DNA of 64,000 bases. Source: Octopus vulgaris. Lineage: Eukaryota. The position numbers and the translations under genes were made by a program. The notes beneath the pieces are model-generated. The model did no database searches. It was not told where the DNA came from and saw only the letters and a program-made list of their open reading frames with translations. The stretch covers positions 103,912,001-103,976,000 of the forward strand of contig OX597820.1 of the NCBI GenBank assembly GCA_951406725.2, read 5' to 3'. Positions 1 to 14,960 of this stretch are shown piece by piece (the stretch's first letter is position 1; each line of letters starts with the position of its first letter).

Positions 1-337
1 TGTTTATTGTTGTATGTTCGTTTTTTTTTGTTGTTGTTGTTTTTTTGTCAAATAAGCATACAAACTATATATTCCTTCTCCATTCGTTTATGGCATGACT
101 TCGCAAGTAAATACCAACTTTTTCGAAGCGACGTTTCTTTTCAATTGCGCTCTTCATTACAGAAATCAACCTAAACTCATACGACTTAAAGCCACAAAAA
201 GCAGTCCGAGACTTAAGAGTTGATATTGCAAAAACTCCCTATTTATAATTTATTACATAAATTTCTTAATATAAATAAATTAGGTACATATATGAACTGT
301 TAATCGTGTATTTATGACATAACGTATTTATGACATG

Positions 338-1240
338 CTTGATACACTCAGGCAATAACTATTTTCTATGAGCTTGTATATGTATATATTTATGTATATG
401 TGTGTGATTGTAATAATTATTTGTGACACAACAGATAGAATATGGATGATAAATCAAATTAATACACTTCTCAATGTTATCTAGTGGTTGTATTTTGAGA
501 TGTGACATCGATCATCGTTAATTACTGAAAGAACACTGGGTAAAAATTTCTTAAATAAATTAAGAACACGAACAAGCTGTTAAATTAAGATGTTTTGTTT
601 ATAGTATACTTTTCAAAAGGCGGCGAGGAGCTGGCAGAAACGTTAGCACGCCGAGCGAAATGCTTAGCGGTATTGCGTCTGCCGTTACGTTCTGAGTTCA
701 AACTCCGCCGAGGTCGACTTTGTCTTTCATCCTTTTAGGGTCGATAAATTAAGTATCAGTTACGCACTGGGGTCGATCTAATCGACTTAATCCGTTTGTC
801 TGTCCTTGTTTAGCCCCTCGTGGGCAATAAAGAAATAAGAAACGTTGGGACGCCGGACGAAATGCTTAGTGTTATTTCGTCTGTCTTTACGTTCTGAGTT
901 CAAATTTCGCTGAGGTCGACGTTACCATTCGGGGTCGATAAATTAAGTACGTGTTGCGTACTAATCCACTGGCCCTCTCTCCAAAAAATTTCAGGCCTTG
1001 GACCTAGAGTAATAAAGTATTATATACTTTTCAATTGCAGTCGTTTTATATTCTTGATACACTCAGGCAATAATTATTTTCTCTAATGAAATTGTATATG
1101 TTTGTGTGGGTGTGTGTGATTGTAATAATTATTTGTAACAAAACAGAATAGGGATGGTAAATCAAATTAATACACTTGTCAATGTTACCTAGTGGTTGTC
1201 CGTTAAGATGTGACATCAATCATCGTTAATTACTGAAAGA
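338..1240 (+). repeat. Diverged direct duplication of about 190 bp (338-532 and 1053-1240)
   Basis: cttgatacactcaggcaataa...catcgttaattactgaaaga is present twice. Confidence 0.85.
617..1022 (+). mobile_element. Dimeric tRNA-derived SINE (Deu/Nin-domain-like core) with 12-bp TSD
   Basis: TSD tatacttttcaa at 605-616 and 1023-1034. B-box-like gagttcaaa; core tttcatcc...gggtcgataaattaagta. The domain name is from recall, not from a search. Confidence 0.82.
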
Positions 1241-1763
1241 GCGTTGGTTCTCACATGCAAACATTCACATACTTCTCTTGTACACGTACACACATACACA
1301 CATATACTCACACAGAGTTGAAACGCTGTTTGATTTTTCTTTTCAGCGTTGAATGTTCACCATCCCACTACCATTGCACGCACACACACACACAAATACA
1401 CACGCACATTCACATACCTCCCTTTTACATACACACACATATACTCAGAGTTGAAACGCTGTTTGATGTTTTTCACCGTAGAATTTCCATCATCCCACTA
1501 CCACTTTGCCGTTACCTCTTCCTTCCTTATTCATCTATCACCCCTTCCTTTCTCATTCATATGTTGTAACTGAGAAAAACACAAGTGTATTTATTATAGT
1601 AGATCTTTATGAAAAATTTAGATTAATTTTTGCATAGCTTTTGCTCAGCATCGGCAATTATCTGTTTCACAAAAAAAATATTGTAATATTTTCAGATTAT
1701 ATAAAACAGTATTATAAAACAGAGGTTAAAATTCTTTTTAAAAAATGTATTTGCTTTTTTGTT

Positions 1764-2094
<331 letters not shown>

Positions 2095-2096
<2 letters not shown>

Positions 2097-2694
2097 TTTT
2101 TGGATTTGGTTTGCAAGATTCTTTATATGAGTTCGTGTTTTGAGGCATATTCTGTTGTGTCTGGGGAGAGTCATCTGAGACAATATGACGACAAAAAACA
2201 GTCCTCCATACTCTACCGACATGCCAAAGACCACCATGGAGGCAACTTGGGTCAACTTGACATCCGCATCTTATCCAAGCACCCAAAAGACCCAACACTC
2301 AACGGGAGTACGTCCTTATAAAGGAAACTTCCCCAATACTAAATAGGAGATATTCATAGTAGATACCATACCTCCATACCCACAGTTTACACAGGTAGAG
2401 TAGAATAGTTAGTGGGCTGTTATGTAGATAGATAGATGTATGTGTGTGGGTGGGTGTGAGTGTGTGTATGCACATGTATGTAAGCATATGGATATGAAAA
2501 TAAACAGATCAACATACAGACGGATAGGTACATAGGTTATATGAACAGACAAGCACACATACACAAATGGAAGACTGAAACACATGGCCATATATATATA
2601 CACACACATTACTTCACTCAAGGACACATATGGAGACACGTGTCCACACATATAGATATGCACATCCATACATACAAGCATGGTACATAGTTGC

Positions 2695-2725
<31 letters not shown>

Positions 2726-3220
2726 TGATATGCACACACAGGGATACAGAGGTGCATACGTATACAAACACACGCTCACATACATACATACATACATAGA
2801 AAATACACAAATACGGACATGCAAGCACATGAATATGCAGAATACATACATACAGATGCACACACATAGATACATATATACATATGCATACACACATGTA
2901 TACATACACACACATGCATACATACATACACATATACGTACATGCATGCATAGGCATACACACACACTGACCACCACACACATGCGCACAAACAAACAAA
3001 AAGGAACGCAGTGTAAATAACGGACAGAGTCAAGACTATTGAAAAGGTTGCAAGATGCAACGAAAATTTTAGGAAAAATAAGGAATAAGTGGAAATTTTA
3101 CCGGTGAGTGTGTTAAATTATAAGGCGCAAAAAGAAAATGACTCTCCCCAGACACAAAAGAATAAGCTTCAACACACGAACTCATATAAAGAATCTTGCA
3201 AACCAAATCCCAAAACAAAA
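2095..3220 (+). mobile_element. 5'-truncated Penelope-like element with inverted terminal copy, flanked by (TA)n
   Basis: 2095-2173 is the reverse complement of about 3138-3220. 2174-2350 encodes a GIY-YIG C-terminal-like remnant ([22 protein letters not shown]...[13 protein letters not shown]). Decayed hammerhead at 3036-3072. Confidence 0.75.
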
Positions 3221-3424
3221 TATATTTATATATATATATATATATATATATACACGTCTTTGATTGGTTGAAATTACTGAAATACGACAACTTTAACACG
3301 AAATAACTTTGAAAATATAAACTTTTCTCAACAACACTAAGAGTAAAAGATGTTTTATATGACACATTCTACCTGTGTCTGAAGTTTGAAAGTGTTTCGT
3401 TACAAAAAATTAATTTCTCATATA

Positions 3425-3495
<71 letters not shown>

Positions 3496-3600
3496 TGCTC
3501 CAGCATAGCCACTCCCATCTGACTGAAACACATAAAAGAATGTGTTTGTGCGTCTTGTTTGTCTCCCCACCATCGCTTGACAACCGATGCTGGTGTGTTT

Positions 3601-3924
3601 TTATTTTTTATTTATTTATGCGCCCTTTTCAAGCCTAGCCAGGCTCATGCGCCCGGTATCCCGATTTATGTGGTGTATATGTCCCCTCCAGCTGGACGGG
3701 ACGCCAGTCCATCGTAGCGTTTACCCAAGAAATAGGAAGAAAGAGTGAGAGAAAGTTGGGATGATAGAGTACAACAGGGGTCGCCACCACCCGCTGCCGG
3801 AGCCTCGTTGGAGCTTTAGGTGTTTTCGCTCAATAAACACACACAACGCCCGGTCTGGGAATCGAAACCGCGATCCTCTGACCACGAGTCCGCTGCCCTA
3901 ACCACTGGGCCATTGTGCCTCCAC
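3601..3924 (-). mobile_element. tRNA-derived SINE inserted into another SINE
   Basis: A/B-box-like head tggcccagtgg...ggtttcgattccc and A-rich tail. TSD gctggtgtgttt at 3589-3600 and 3925-3936. Host SINE tail spans 3541-4092. Confidence 0.88.
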
Positions 3925-6500
3925 GCTGGTGTGTTTACGTCCCCGTAAATTAGCGGTTCGACAAAAAGAGACCGTTAGAATAAGTACTAAGCTTACAAAG
4001 CATAAGTCCTGGGGTTGATTTGTTCGACTAAAGGCGGTGCCCCAGATGCTCCAGCATGGCCGCAGTCAAATGACTGGAACAAATAAAAGAATATATATAT
4101 ATGCAAAGTAGATGCTTTCCGGTATTATTGTATAGAATTGCCTCTTACGTATTATGTTGTTTACATCGCAAGCTTAAAGTATGTCAAGGCAGTGAATTTG
4201 AAATAACTAGCTCCTCATTGGCCGTCCTTTGTCTAGGGAATTGCTGTTGCTTAGTTTCTGGGTCAACCTAGAAATCAAAGATTTAGATAGAAAAAAAAAA
4301 AACTTTTAAAAAATGTGACATGACTTTATGAAAAATATACCTGATTTAATTTGATTGACATGAATAAACAAAGAAAAAAATTGTGTTAATGTTGTATTTA
4401 GCAACAACAAAAATATATAAAATTTATATATCGTTATGTCGTTTTAATGATGTCCCATATTTAGCAAATAACAGTTAAAACTTCAGTGTAAACACTTGAG
4501 CGAAGCAGATAACGCCCGTTGGAATAACAAACAAGCGGTCCTATATATAGTCAATTGACCTGCTTGAAAGTACAGCTGTGACTCTCTCGAATAACATCCT
4601 ACTGCTTTTTGAAAAGAAAAAGGAACGACACGTTAGATAATGTATTTCTGTTCTGGGGTATACAATAGCTCATAAAAGGTGAATGGTCATGGCTAGTATG
4701 CCTGACCATAGATTTGCTCGATTAGAATTGAGCTGGGGATTAAAGCAATCCTTTAAAAGTGGGCGTTACCGCACCAGAATAGGGGAGGGGGCAGTTGTGT
4801 ATGTTAAAGGCCCCTGTTGCAAAGGGGGCGATAGAAAGTGGTAGACATCGGTATAGCTTCTTCTGTATTTTAGTCTTGCCTTCTATTTAAATAATTAACT
4901 TTGAAAAAAGAAAAAAATGCAATTCTGCTGTAAGAAACTAGGCCGAGCTGAGCAGCAGGTTTTTCAGTGAAGAAGTACCCCACACTCGTGCAAGAGTTTC
5001 GGTTCTTAACTCCTTACACTGTAAGGGGACTGACCTGCGTCCAAGTCATGACTTCTGGACACCCCACCTTCTGCCACATCATGTGTTTCTGTATGCATTG
5101 AAACCCTCCTGGATGGTTAAGGTATCTTGAGTGTCGTAACCAGTTCGGCCTAAGGAGCTAGTTGAATGTAGGATTAAATTATGCCTTCAGAAATTCAGTT
5201 TCATTCATCCTTGATTCGATCCAGTTGGAATTGTTCTCACCTACTAAAGCAATTGCCTTCAGAGTTCTAGTTTTCTTTCTACTAGAAATTGAGAGTCGTT
5301 TCATGAGATCGTATGCAGTTTGCCCACGAACACACACTCTGACCCAATTATATGTTTAGGACTTTGGTTTGGAAACTCGATTCCCTCAGTCTGATTGTTA
5401 AACTGTCCTATTTTTTCAGCATTGTAGCTGTGAGCTTGTATTGTGATAAACAGCTTGTTAGCAACTTTCACAAAAATAGACTTTAAAATGTGACTAAGTA
5501 GATAAAAACGAAACCGATTATATACCACTTATGCATGGAAATTATAAACAATAAACTAAAGTATAATTAGTAAAACAAAAGAATAATTAGCAACAACAAA
5601 TTGCGCCTTAAAAAACATTGCCGAAGTTTGCAGATATTTCCCTATGCACAATAAAGACGGCCACTGCATCTGGATTGTTTAGTTAACGATCTGATATATG
5701 CCAATGTAAAAAGAATTGTTGCAAGAGCTCATTATAAAAAATGTTTGAGAAATTGAACTGGTTCAAACAATAACAGCTACAAGCCTCCCAAAAGGACATA
5801 TTTGCGTTTAAAGTCTATAATTGTTATAATTTTTATCAGGTGGCGACGGAGAAAAACAAAAATTTTTTATGCACTGCTGCAATCCTTGTCTTTATCGTGG
5901 GGTATGTTTTTTGGTGCAATGAATATCTTTTGTGCAGCTACTGTTGTCGACTTTTGTGTTAAAATGAGGTGGGATTGTATCAGATTGTTTATGTTAAGAT
6001 CAAAGGGTGTGGTTATAGAGACATTTGGCTGCTATTTCTAGCAAGCCAAGCAACTGCATAGAGGCTCCAAAAGAAATTCTTACTATTTTTTTTTTAAATA
6101 TATTTTATGAGTCCAAATACAAGAATAATTAGTTGCAACAACAAACTGCGCCCTAAATGTCAAGTTGGCTGCAAAGAAAAAAATTCAGTCTTCCGGTATA
6201 CAAGTTTAATTGTACAAGTTCAAATTTCACTAATGTAAAGTGGTTTTGACAGTTAAACCAGTTCGTTCATGGTGCAAGATTTGCCGAGGGAAACAGACTC
6301 TTCAAACAGACGACTGCTTATGTAAACCAAGTTTTGTACCCACTGCCATATGGCGGAGTAAATTAAAATACACGCGTTAAATAGCTGTCCAATTAATACT
6401 CCACTCAGTAGACTGCGGCCATATTGGGGCACCGCTTTGACTAACTTTAGTCGACTGCATCGACCCTGTACCTATTTTATAAAACCTGGTACTTATTCTA

Positions 6501-6863
6501 GGTACTATTTAAGAAGAGTGGTCCCGGTGCGCACACTCGCGATCCGCGCTAGCTAGTCGTGACTAGACGATCCTACAACGACTACCTAGCAAAGTAAATA
6601 AAACACAAAATAAATAATTTTTTTACACAAAGTAAATAATTTTTTTTAATAAAGTAGATAAAACACAAAAACACAAAGTAAATAATTTTTTTTAATAAAG
6701 TAGATAAAACACAAAACCACAAAGTAAATAATTTTTTAAAACAAAGTAAATAAAACACAAAAACACAAATAAAATACATCCGCGCTAGCTAGTCACGACT
6801 AGCTAGCGCGGATGCGCGAGTACGTGAGTGCGTGCACCAGGACCACTCTTCTTAAATAGTACC
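6501..6863. mobile_element. Mutator/foldback-like MITE with 9-bp TSD, inserted into a SINE
   Basis: TIRs ggtactatttaagaagagtggtcc / ggaccactcttcttaaatagtacc. TSD cttattcta at 6492-6500 and 6864-6872. Internal A-rich tandem subrepeats and a hairpin at about 6777-6814. Confidence 0.9.
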
Positions 6864-8489
6864 CTTATTCTATCGGAATCTTTTGCTGAACCGCTAAGTT
6901 ATGAGACCATAAACACACCAGCACCCGTTTTGGATCTAATTAAATTCATTCACAAAACCCTGACCCTAACCCATTAATTCTGCGTAACACCTAATATATG
7001 GAACATCTATATAATTTATATAAGACAAAATTCCTCACATTTATAATGGCTATAGTACATTGGAATAGAATACTACAGCTGCTATTTCTGAAATGCTTAA
7101 GATATCACTAGAAGATACTATAAAAGAAGGTGCCTCTAGATGCAGTATAATGAGTGAATTCTGTTAATAAGAAGGGATTTTACCACTTCTCTTTGTGAAA
7201 TTACGGGTTTCACTCTCGTCACTTCTGATCAATTTATTTTCATTTTTTATAACCCCTTAACTGCATGTTTACCCCAAGAAAGTACCTGGGTCTTTTATTT
7301 TTAGAGGGTCTCATTTCTGATCTCAAATTAACAACAGTTTTGTTGTTAACAAATGTTACTAGTATCATTTCTGTCATAGTGGACTGCTACATCAGTCATT
7401 CATAGGGAAGGCAATGGTGATAGTAACAAGTCTCAGAATGTAGTCTTTTGGCAGGCGTTAACCACTTTTCCATTGGTGTACTGAAACTTATGGATTTCTA
7501 TGATTGAGGAATTGGTACTAAAGCATTTTAATGTAGGCACACGCGCACACTAATGCATCGTTTTGTTTTTAAGAAAACAAATGGCGGTGCCCCAGCATGG
7601 CCACAGCTCGTGAGCTGAAACTAGATGAAATGAAAATATAAGAGAGCTTCAGATTTTCTTTTGTGCACCAGATTCTGAACCTGAAAACAGACAAGATCTG
7701 AGATCAATGATTTTATTGTTAATAATTTACTGTTTTAATTTTTTAAACCAGACACATGATGTGGGGGTTAGAGCTGCTATACCTTTATTTATTTATTTAT
7801 TTTTATAACTAAATATATATTTTCATTTGCATTTGAAATGTATTTTGTTTATATTTGAAAATCATCACTAGTTTCATTTTCTGAAAAATCCAAGAAAAAA
7901 AAAAGGAAGGAAACGCAATTATAACAATGGTATGCACCAAATAAATATCAAAAGGAAAATTGTTATTATTTGATATGGAAAGCTACAATATCATTTCCTG
8001 AAAATTTCCAGCTGTTTCAGTTTCTGTTGATATAAAGCCTAGTGAAATTGTAGTCATGGCCGATTCTGGTGTGACATAACTAATGTCACATAACTGTGCA
8101 GATAACACATAAAGAGTACCAATCGAGTGTTGGGGCCTCCTGGACACAATGTGGCCTATGCCAGTGTCACATAACTAGCACCCATGCCAGTGATATGTAA
8201 AAAGCACCTTTTGAGCATTTGGCCTTACAGAGACGATGGAAAATGACTGAGACTCAGAAATCATAGTCGTGGAAGATACTGGTGTTAAATAACTGGCATT
8301 CGTGCTGGTGGCATATAAAGGCACCCATTACACTCTCAGAGTGGTGGACATTAGGACAGGCATCCAGCTGTAGAAACCATGCCAAATCAGATTGGAGTCT
8401 GGTGTAGCCCCTCAGCTTACCAGCCCTGCTCAAACTGTCTAACTCATGCTCTTCAGATGATATCTGAAGTAATATAACAAACCAGGGCC

Positions 8490-10554
8490 AGAGATGAAAG
8501 TTCCTATTGTGACTTCTTTCATTCTAGTTCTCCATACACACTCTTTCTACACTACAACTGTACATAAAAAACATGTCTCACCTTCCTTTGATAGTCTGGG
8601 TGGCAGTACAGCCTTGATCATGGACTCAGCAGATAGCTGTACTCTTCCTAGATGCAATAACACGTGTTTTACGTAAATTATCAAGCCCAAAAGCTCCAGG
8701 CACTGTATGAGAATGTGCAGATCGGTTTCATCGCCCTGCCCGCACCTTGGGCATGCCAGTGGCACAGACATTCCATGCCAAGACAATTTGTTGCAAACAG
8801 GTAACACACTCCTATAGCACTGCCATGTCAGGGATTTCTGGTAGTTATCCAAGTACCCCAGCCTGAAAGTTCTTTGAAACAGGTTGGCTAGCTGGTTCTC
8901 ATCGAGCCCCAGAGTTTCTCTTAGAATGTCATCGCTCTTAAACTCTACCAGCCCTTTATAGAATACCGAGGTGGTATTCTCACTGCCAGCCTTGCCCACC
9001 TTATGGATTAGCATGAGTGCCTGTTGGCACTCCTTTTGCCATTCAGTTGTGTTATGTTTTTTAATGAAGTCGGGTTTGAGTTTATCCAAGGCAGCCAATC
9101 ATGGAAAGAATTCCTCTGCCAGCGAATTCCACACCTGGTCACCATCCAGATAGAGTCAGAGATGCCGTATCCTCAGCACATGCCTGAACATCATTGGTCA
9201 TGGCATCCTTCACCCACCCTTTAGCGGTTCTTGGCAGCAAATAGAGCGCCTCACAAGTGGTTTTCCTCCCCTCCACAAAAAGTGGAAGAGAAGGCGTGCC
9301 AACTTGCTTACCCACAAATCAGAGCAAGGGACAACAGTCAGATGGTAGGTGATACCAGATGCCATATACACCTGCAACACCTCCACCCTCTCTTTCAGGG
9401 ATAGCGCCCTTCCAGACCAGGTCCAGATTAGAGCCTCCTCCGCATCTGTCACCTCACTCCAATTCTTCTCTGTCTAGGAATCCAGTCCAAACCAAATTCC
9501 AAGTAATTTAACAGGACCATCTATCCAGTGCCCCACAACACTGGACATTATCGTCTTGCTACTCCAGGTGCTGAACTGCAAGCCGATGGACTTGTCCTTG
9601 TTAATTTTTGTCCCTGTCACCGCCTCGTATCCTTAGATTGCATCCTCAACACAAAGTAGCTGAGCTTCATTGGACATGATGATGGTGACGTCATCCACAT
9701 AAGCAAAAACAGACTTACCACATCCCAATTCATTGGGAATGCCCCCCAAACTCTCCAACCTCCACAGCAATGGCTCAAGAGTCTGTACATATAGAAGCGG
9801 AGAGAAACAGGGGGCACCCTTGATCTTAAATAGCACCGACAGGTAACTGTTTATCTGAACCGTGGATTTGATGCTGCCATAAATGGCAGTGATCCAACCA
9901 CAAAAGTCCAAGCCTAGCCCAGCTGTGATGTAGCCACTGGACTGACCATAAAGGTTTTCCTGGCCATCTCCTGGCTGACATTTTTTATATCATCTGGATA
10001 TCTTCCTCTTAGTTCGTTGAATAGCCCCACCTCCATCCTCGCAATGTGGATGTGAGGTGGCATGTCCATTGTTGCTTTGTACACTCGAGCTTTGAAGTGA
10101 GCTCTGATTATTGTTGATAACACGTCATTTCTTTCATTAAAAGATATAATTTTTTTCTTGCGTCTTGCAGTGGGGTTTGGGAAAGGGTTTTAACAAGGTG
10201 TGGGGTTTTTTTCGTGTGTCTGTAGTATGCTTGCTTGTTTTCTTTGTATGGGGTGGGGAGTCCGGGGCTTGGGCCTTTTTTCTTTTGTGGGATGTAACCA
10301 CAGTAAAATCCATTTCTTCTTCTGATACAGGAGTTGTGTCTTCTATTTTTCTTGTACTCCTCCTTGTGTTTTTTGTGTCTTTTCTTGTGTTCTTTTTTAT
10401 ATTTTTTGTTTCTCTTCTTGTCTTCATTTCTTCTATTGCTTTTTCTATCTTTGCTATTTGTTTCTCTTTTCTCTCTTTCCTTGTGGTTCTTTTTGAGGAG
10501 GAGCTTCACTCCTTTTTTTTGTTTTGCATTGAGAGCGGACGTGGCCCTTATCAC
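8490..10554 (-). mobile_element. Degenerate, internally deleted L1/Tx1-clade LINE
   Basis: RT pieces GAPCFSPLLY...EPLL and AYVDDVT; W..RALSLKERV...LFHFLWRGGKP; C-terminal CPRCGQGDETDLHILIQC knuckle. Upstream basic ORF1-like remnant (9914-10554, FTVVTSHKRKK). The endonuclease region appears to be missing. Confidence 0.85.
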
Positions 10555-13334
10555 TACACATATCTTAGTCTTCTGTCATCTCCTTCAGGTAAGCTAAAAA
10601 CTAAATATTGTTGGACATTGAAATCTAGTCCTCTACCATTTCTTTCAACAAGGGAACCTCAGTATAATCATTGAAATTATTTGAAATAGTAACTAAACTT
10701 TCCTTATATTTTGTATTGTTTTAAGAAAGATTGTGTGTTATGTTATCATAGGAAGATTGCCCCATAGTTAAGATGAGGCAACCATAGAGAGAAACATTTA
10801 ATGTAAACAAACAATGGTTCATCTATGTGGTCTGTGAGAGATAGCAGCCAAATCTCCTTCAAATTACACATTGCATAATACCTGAAAAACAATGAATGGA
10901 GGATCACTTTTAGTCATACGTTCTGCTTGATCAAGGTTAGTTTGGAACTGAACAACACAGAAATATCATCAGCTTCTTCTTGTTCATTCTAGTGCAAATT
11001 TGATATCGAGTTAACTGATAGTGAAATACAATCACTAGAATTTAATTACCGTAAATTAGAAACATGGAATGTGAAGAATATTACCTTGTTGCTCAAACCA
11101 TCAAGTGTAATCTAATATGATCTAGTTTGGATAGGTTACATTTTCTTTCAGCATCAGGAATGTAAAGCTGTGTGACTGTAATAGATAGTTATCATTTGGC
11201 CTGAATGTTATTGTGGTAACTATAGAAGACCTATTGTCATCATTGTCATCATCATCATTATCATTTAATGTTGAGTTTTCCAGGTTGGCATAGGTTGGGT
11301 GGCTCAACGGGGACCAACAAGTGCCCTGCTGTAGCAGTGCCTTTACTGCTGGATGCCCTTCTTAATGTTATCTACCTTACAGGAAGTATGGGGTATCTTT
11401 TTCTCATGGCACCAGCACTAGTGAGGTTGCCAAATAACTTGCAGGAGAAGACTCCTCAAATGAATTATGATGTAATATTTATTGGGTGAAGTGACTTTAT
11501 GCCAGATGTTGAAAGGGTTAAAATATGATAGAGAGAGGAACAGGTTTCTTGCTGAAGAGAAAACATTTGGTTATTGTGTCAATAGGCCACATGGATCTAG
11601 AGTACCCAGTGCAGATCAATATATGCTATGGTTGTGTAAACAGGGATGCCAATGCATTGCTGTGCCTGATGACTTTTAATGGTGTTTTGATAGCACTAGG
11701 TGCAACAATACTGTTTCCACCAAATTTCACTTGGGCGAGGGTACATAAATGATTAATATGAGAGGACAGGTCTTCAGTAGATTTGACTTTTCAGAAGTTG
11801 TACAATAAGGAGGAAAGGAAGAATTAATGGTGCTGAGGTAAATAGTCATTAAAAGATTGTCTTCAGCATCTGAAAGATGCTGAAAGAATTATGAGGATAG
11901 ATCTATTGTTCATGATGGGGATCATTGCATTGAGATAAAGGAAGCTACTCTGTCATATTATCTTACGGCTTTGTATGTAATGTAGTGAACCTGATGGAAC
12001 ATATAAGAATTTTTTTCCCACCAGAGGAGGTAGTATGTATAAAGTAGATTTGAATGCAACTAGGCAGTCCATGAATCATCAGTTGCCAGCATGTGGTAAG
12101 TTTCCAGAAAAGAAAAAAAATTATTATAAAATGCTTATAAAATGCTTATGTAATATTGTATTATTTGTTTACAAAATAAAATATACGATGAAAAAAAATT
12201 GTCAACTTATATTATATTCATTTTATAACTTTTATTATATTCATTTTATATATTGTTTCTGGTATAAATTAATATTATTCAGAAAAATTACCAGTCCCGT
12301 GTACACAGGAAAAAAAAAAAAAAAACTGCCCGTATGCCACATCAGATAGTTTGAGAATCACTGCAGTATGGTATACAATCAATTGCTGAACAATTTCTGT
12401 CAACTTGCCATTCTTCAAAGTTCTAATATATTCAAGAGAGTGAAAGTGAACTGCATAGCTAACACCAAACTAATATGATGGTATGGTTTTAATTTTCAAA
12501 TAAAACTAATTCACATTATGTCAACTGTTAATGCTTTATAAAAGATTACAACATCTCCTTTTAGCCAATAATACAAGAGTTTAAATTAGCAATATTTAAT
12601 AAAAATGTCAGAATACCTTGAAAAGTTGATCTCTAGCTCAAATTATACCAAAGTAGACTTTGCCTTTTATTCTTTCAGTTTGATAGAATAAGTACTAGCT
12701 GCTGTTGTTCCTTAGCGCCATGTCAGCCCCGACTGAACAGATCTATAATCAAAGGAATATTTACTTTTCTACCCATATCACCTATGTACTTCTCTAAGGT
12801 GTTACGTATTTAGTACATCATACAGTGTGGCCCACCCTTTTCAGGACAGTAGGTGTATAATTTAAAGGAAATTTGGCTGCTACTTCTAGGTTAAGAAACC
12901 TCATATGTATCAGTTAAGTTTCATATTTAAAGATTGAGCATCTTATAGAAAATTAGTTATCTTTCAGTTCAGTAGATCTTGGGAAAAAATAAAAATCATA
13001 GCAAACATCTCAGAAAGGGAAGAATTTGACAAAATAAACCCATCCATTATTTCATAATTTAAGTAGAAGTAAAACGTTAAAGCGCATCAGGTATTATTAG
13101 TTCACCTAGCAGTTAGAAATGGGTATTAGGCCATTTGAGAATGTTAAGGATAATAAAGTTGTGTTCTATCAAGGGAAAATGATTTTCTTGTCATAAAAGC
13201 AAAACTAAGCACTATTCTTCAGTCCTCTGCAACAACCTTGGGCACCTTTATGAATTCCATGTCATGGACATGCGTGGACATGCTTACAAAATCAGAAAAC
13301 AGCATTGCACCCATCACCTTTAGAAACATCTTTT

Positions 13335-13958
13335 GGATCTTTACCTTTTGACCAACAAATTTAAAAAATAATTTTTTGTAACTAAACACTTTCAAACTTT
13401 GGATACTGGTAGAATGTGTCATATAAAACATCTTTTACTCTTAGCATTTTTGAGAAAAACTTATATTTAGGAAGTTATTTCACATTAAAGTTGTAGTATT
13501 TCGGTAATCTCAACCAATCAATGACGTGTATTCAGCTGAATAAAATTACTGCCGTTGTTTGTCAACAACAACTATCGGCAGTGTATATTTCGTTTGTCAC
13601 TGTTATTTATGACACTATTCATGTGTTTGTACTGGTTTTAAGGTTTTAGGGTTAGGGTTAGAGTTTTAGGATTAGTGTTGTCATAAATAACAGTGATAAA
13701 CGAAATATACACCGCCGGAAGTTCTTGTTGACAAACAATAGCAGTAATTTTATTCAGCTGAATACACGTCATTGATTGGTTGAAATTACCGAAATACGAG
13801 AACTTTAATGTGAAATAACTTCATAAATATAAGTTCTTCTCAAAAACGCTAAGAGTAAAAGATGTTTTATATGACACATTCTACCAGTGTCCGAAGTTTG
13901 AAAGTGCTTAGTTACAAAAAATTATTTTTTAAATCTGTTGGTCAAAAGGTAAAGATCC
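13335..13958. mobile_element. Long-TIR MITE with a telomere-like TTAGGG core
   Basis: Inverted arms of about 280 bp (ggatctttacc...ggtaaagatcc) around ttaaggttttagggttagggttagagttttagg. Flanks catctttt/catctgtt form a 7/8 TSD. Related arms at 3254-3415 and 58256-58445. Confidence 0.85.
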
Positions 13959-13974
13959 CATCTGTTCGTGGTCT

Positions 13975-14057
<83 letters not shown>

Positions 14058-14094
14058 CTTTAATAAGATATGTGACAATTATTCGGTTGCCATA

Positions 14095-14153
14095 ATAAGA
14101 CTCTGAGTTTCGGACGTTGAGGCGGAAACCTGCTTCGGCATCTCGTCAGTTAT
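14095..14153 (-). ncRNA. Hammerhead ribozyme motif in left arm of the 1-kb palindrome
   Basis: Minus strand: ataa-CTGACGA-gatg...cgtc-c-GAAA-ctcagag-TC-ttat. One extra base at the base of stem II. Confidence 0.65.
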
Positions 14154-14960
14154 CGAGGCAATCAAAATATGCTATGAAGATGACCATTAAACGAAGGGAA
14201 ATTACTATGTAAATGACCGTTATTAAGACAAAAGAGCTACTAGAATGACCGTTAAACAAGGGGAAAAAAACCGAAGGGGAGGAAGTAAAAAGTAAAGAAG
14301 TAAAAATGCCCATAGCAATTGCGTATGCATGCATGAACATGCATACACATGCATGCATGCACACCCATGTACATGTGCCTATATGCATATGCTCATTCAC
14401 ACTCACATGAAACATGTACATGGGCACCGACACATATGCCAATAGATGCACATATATATGCAACCATGCATGTACACATATACATATCCACACACACACA
14501 CACGTGCACATACTCATACACACATACCCATACGTGTATTTTAATATAACTGTGCGCGTATGGGTATGTGCATGTGTGTGTGTGTGTGGGTGCTCGTGTG
14601 TGTGGGTGCTCGTGTGTGTGGATATGTATACGTGTACATGCATGGTTGCATATATATGTGCATCTATTGGCATATGTGTCGGTGCGCATGTATGTGTTTC
14701 ATGCAAGTGTGAGCGAGCATATGCATATAGGCACATGTACATGAGTGTGCGTGCACGCATGTGTATGTATCTACATACACATACATGTGGGCATACACGA
14801 TTGCTATAAGCATTTTTACTTTTTACTTCCTCCCCTTCGGTTTTTTTTTACCCTTGTTTAACGGTCATTCTAGTAGCTCTTTTGTCTTAATAACGGTCAT
14901 TTACAAAGTAATTTCCCCTTGTTTAATGGTCATTTTCATAGCATATTTTGACTACCTTGA

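Noticed and set aside
10108-10674. Lys/Arg-rich ORF and its hydrophobic antisense ORF as host genes
   Set aside because: Low-complexity purine-rich segment contiguous with the Tx1/L1 remnant; best explained as decayed ORF1.
13639-13672. True telomere or chromosome fusion scar
   Set aside because: Only a few degenerate units, enclosed in a MITE loop.
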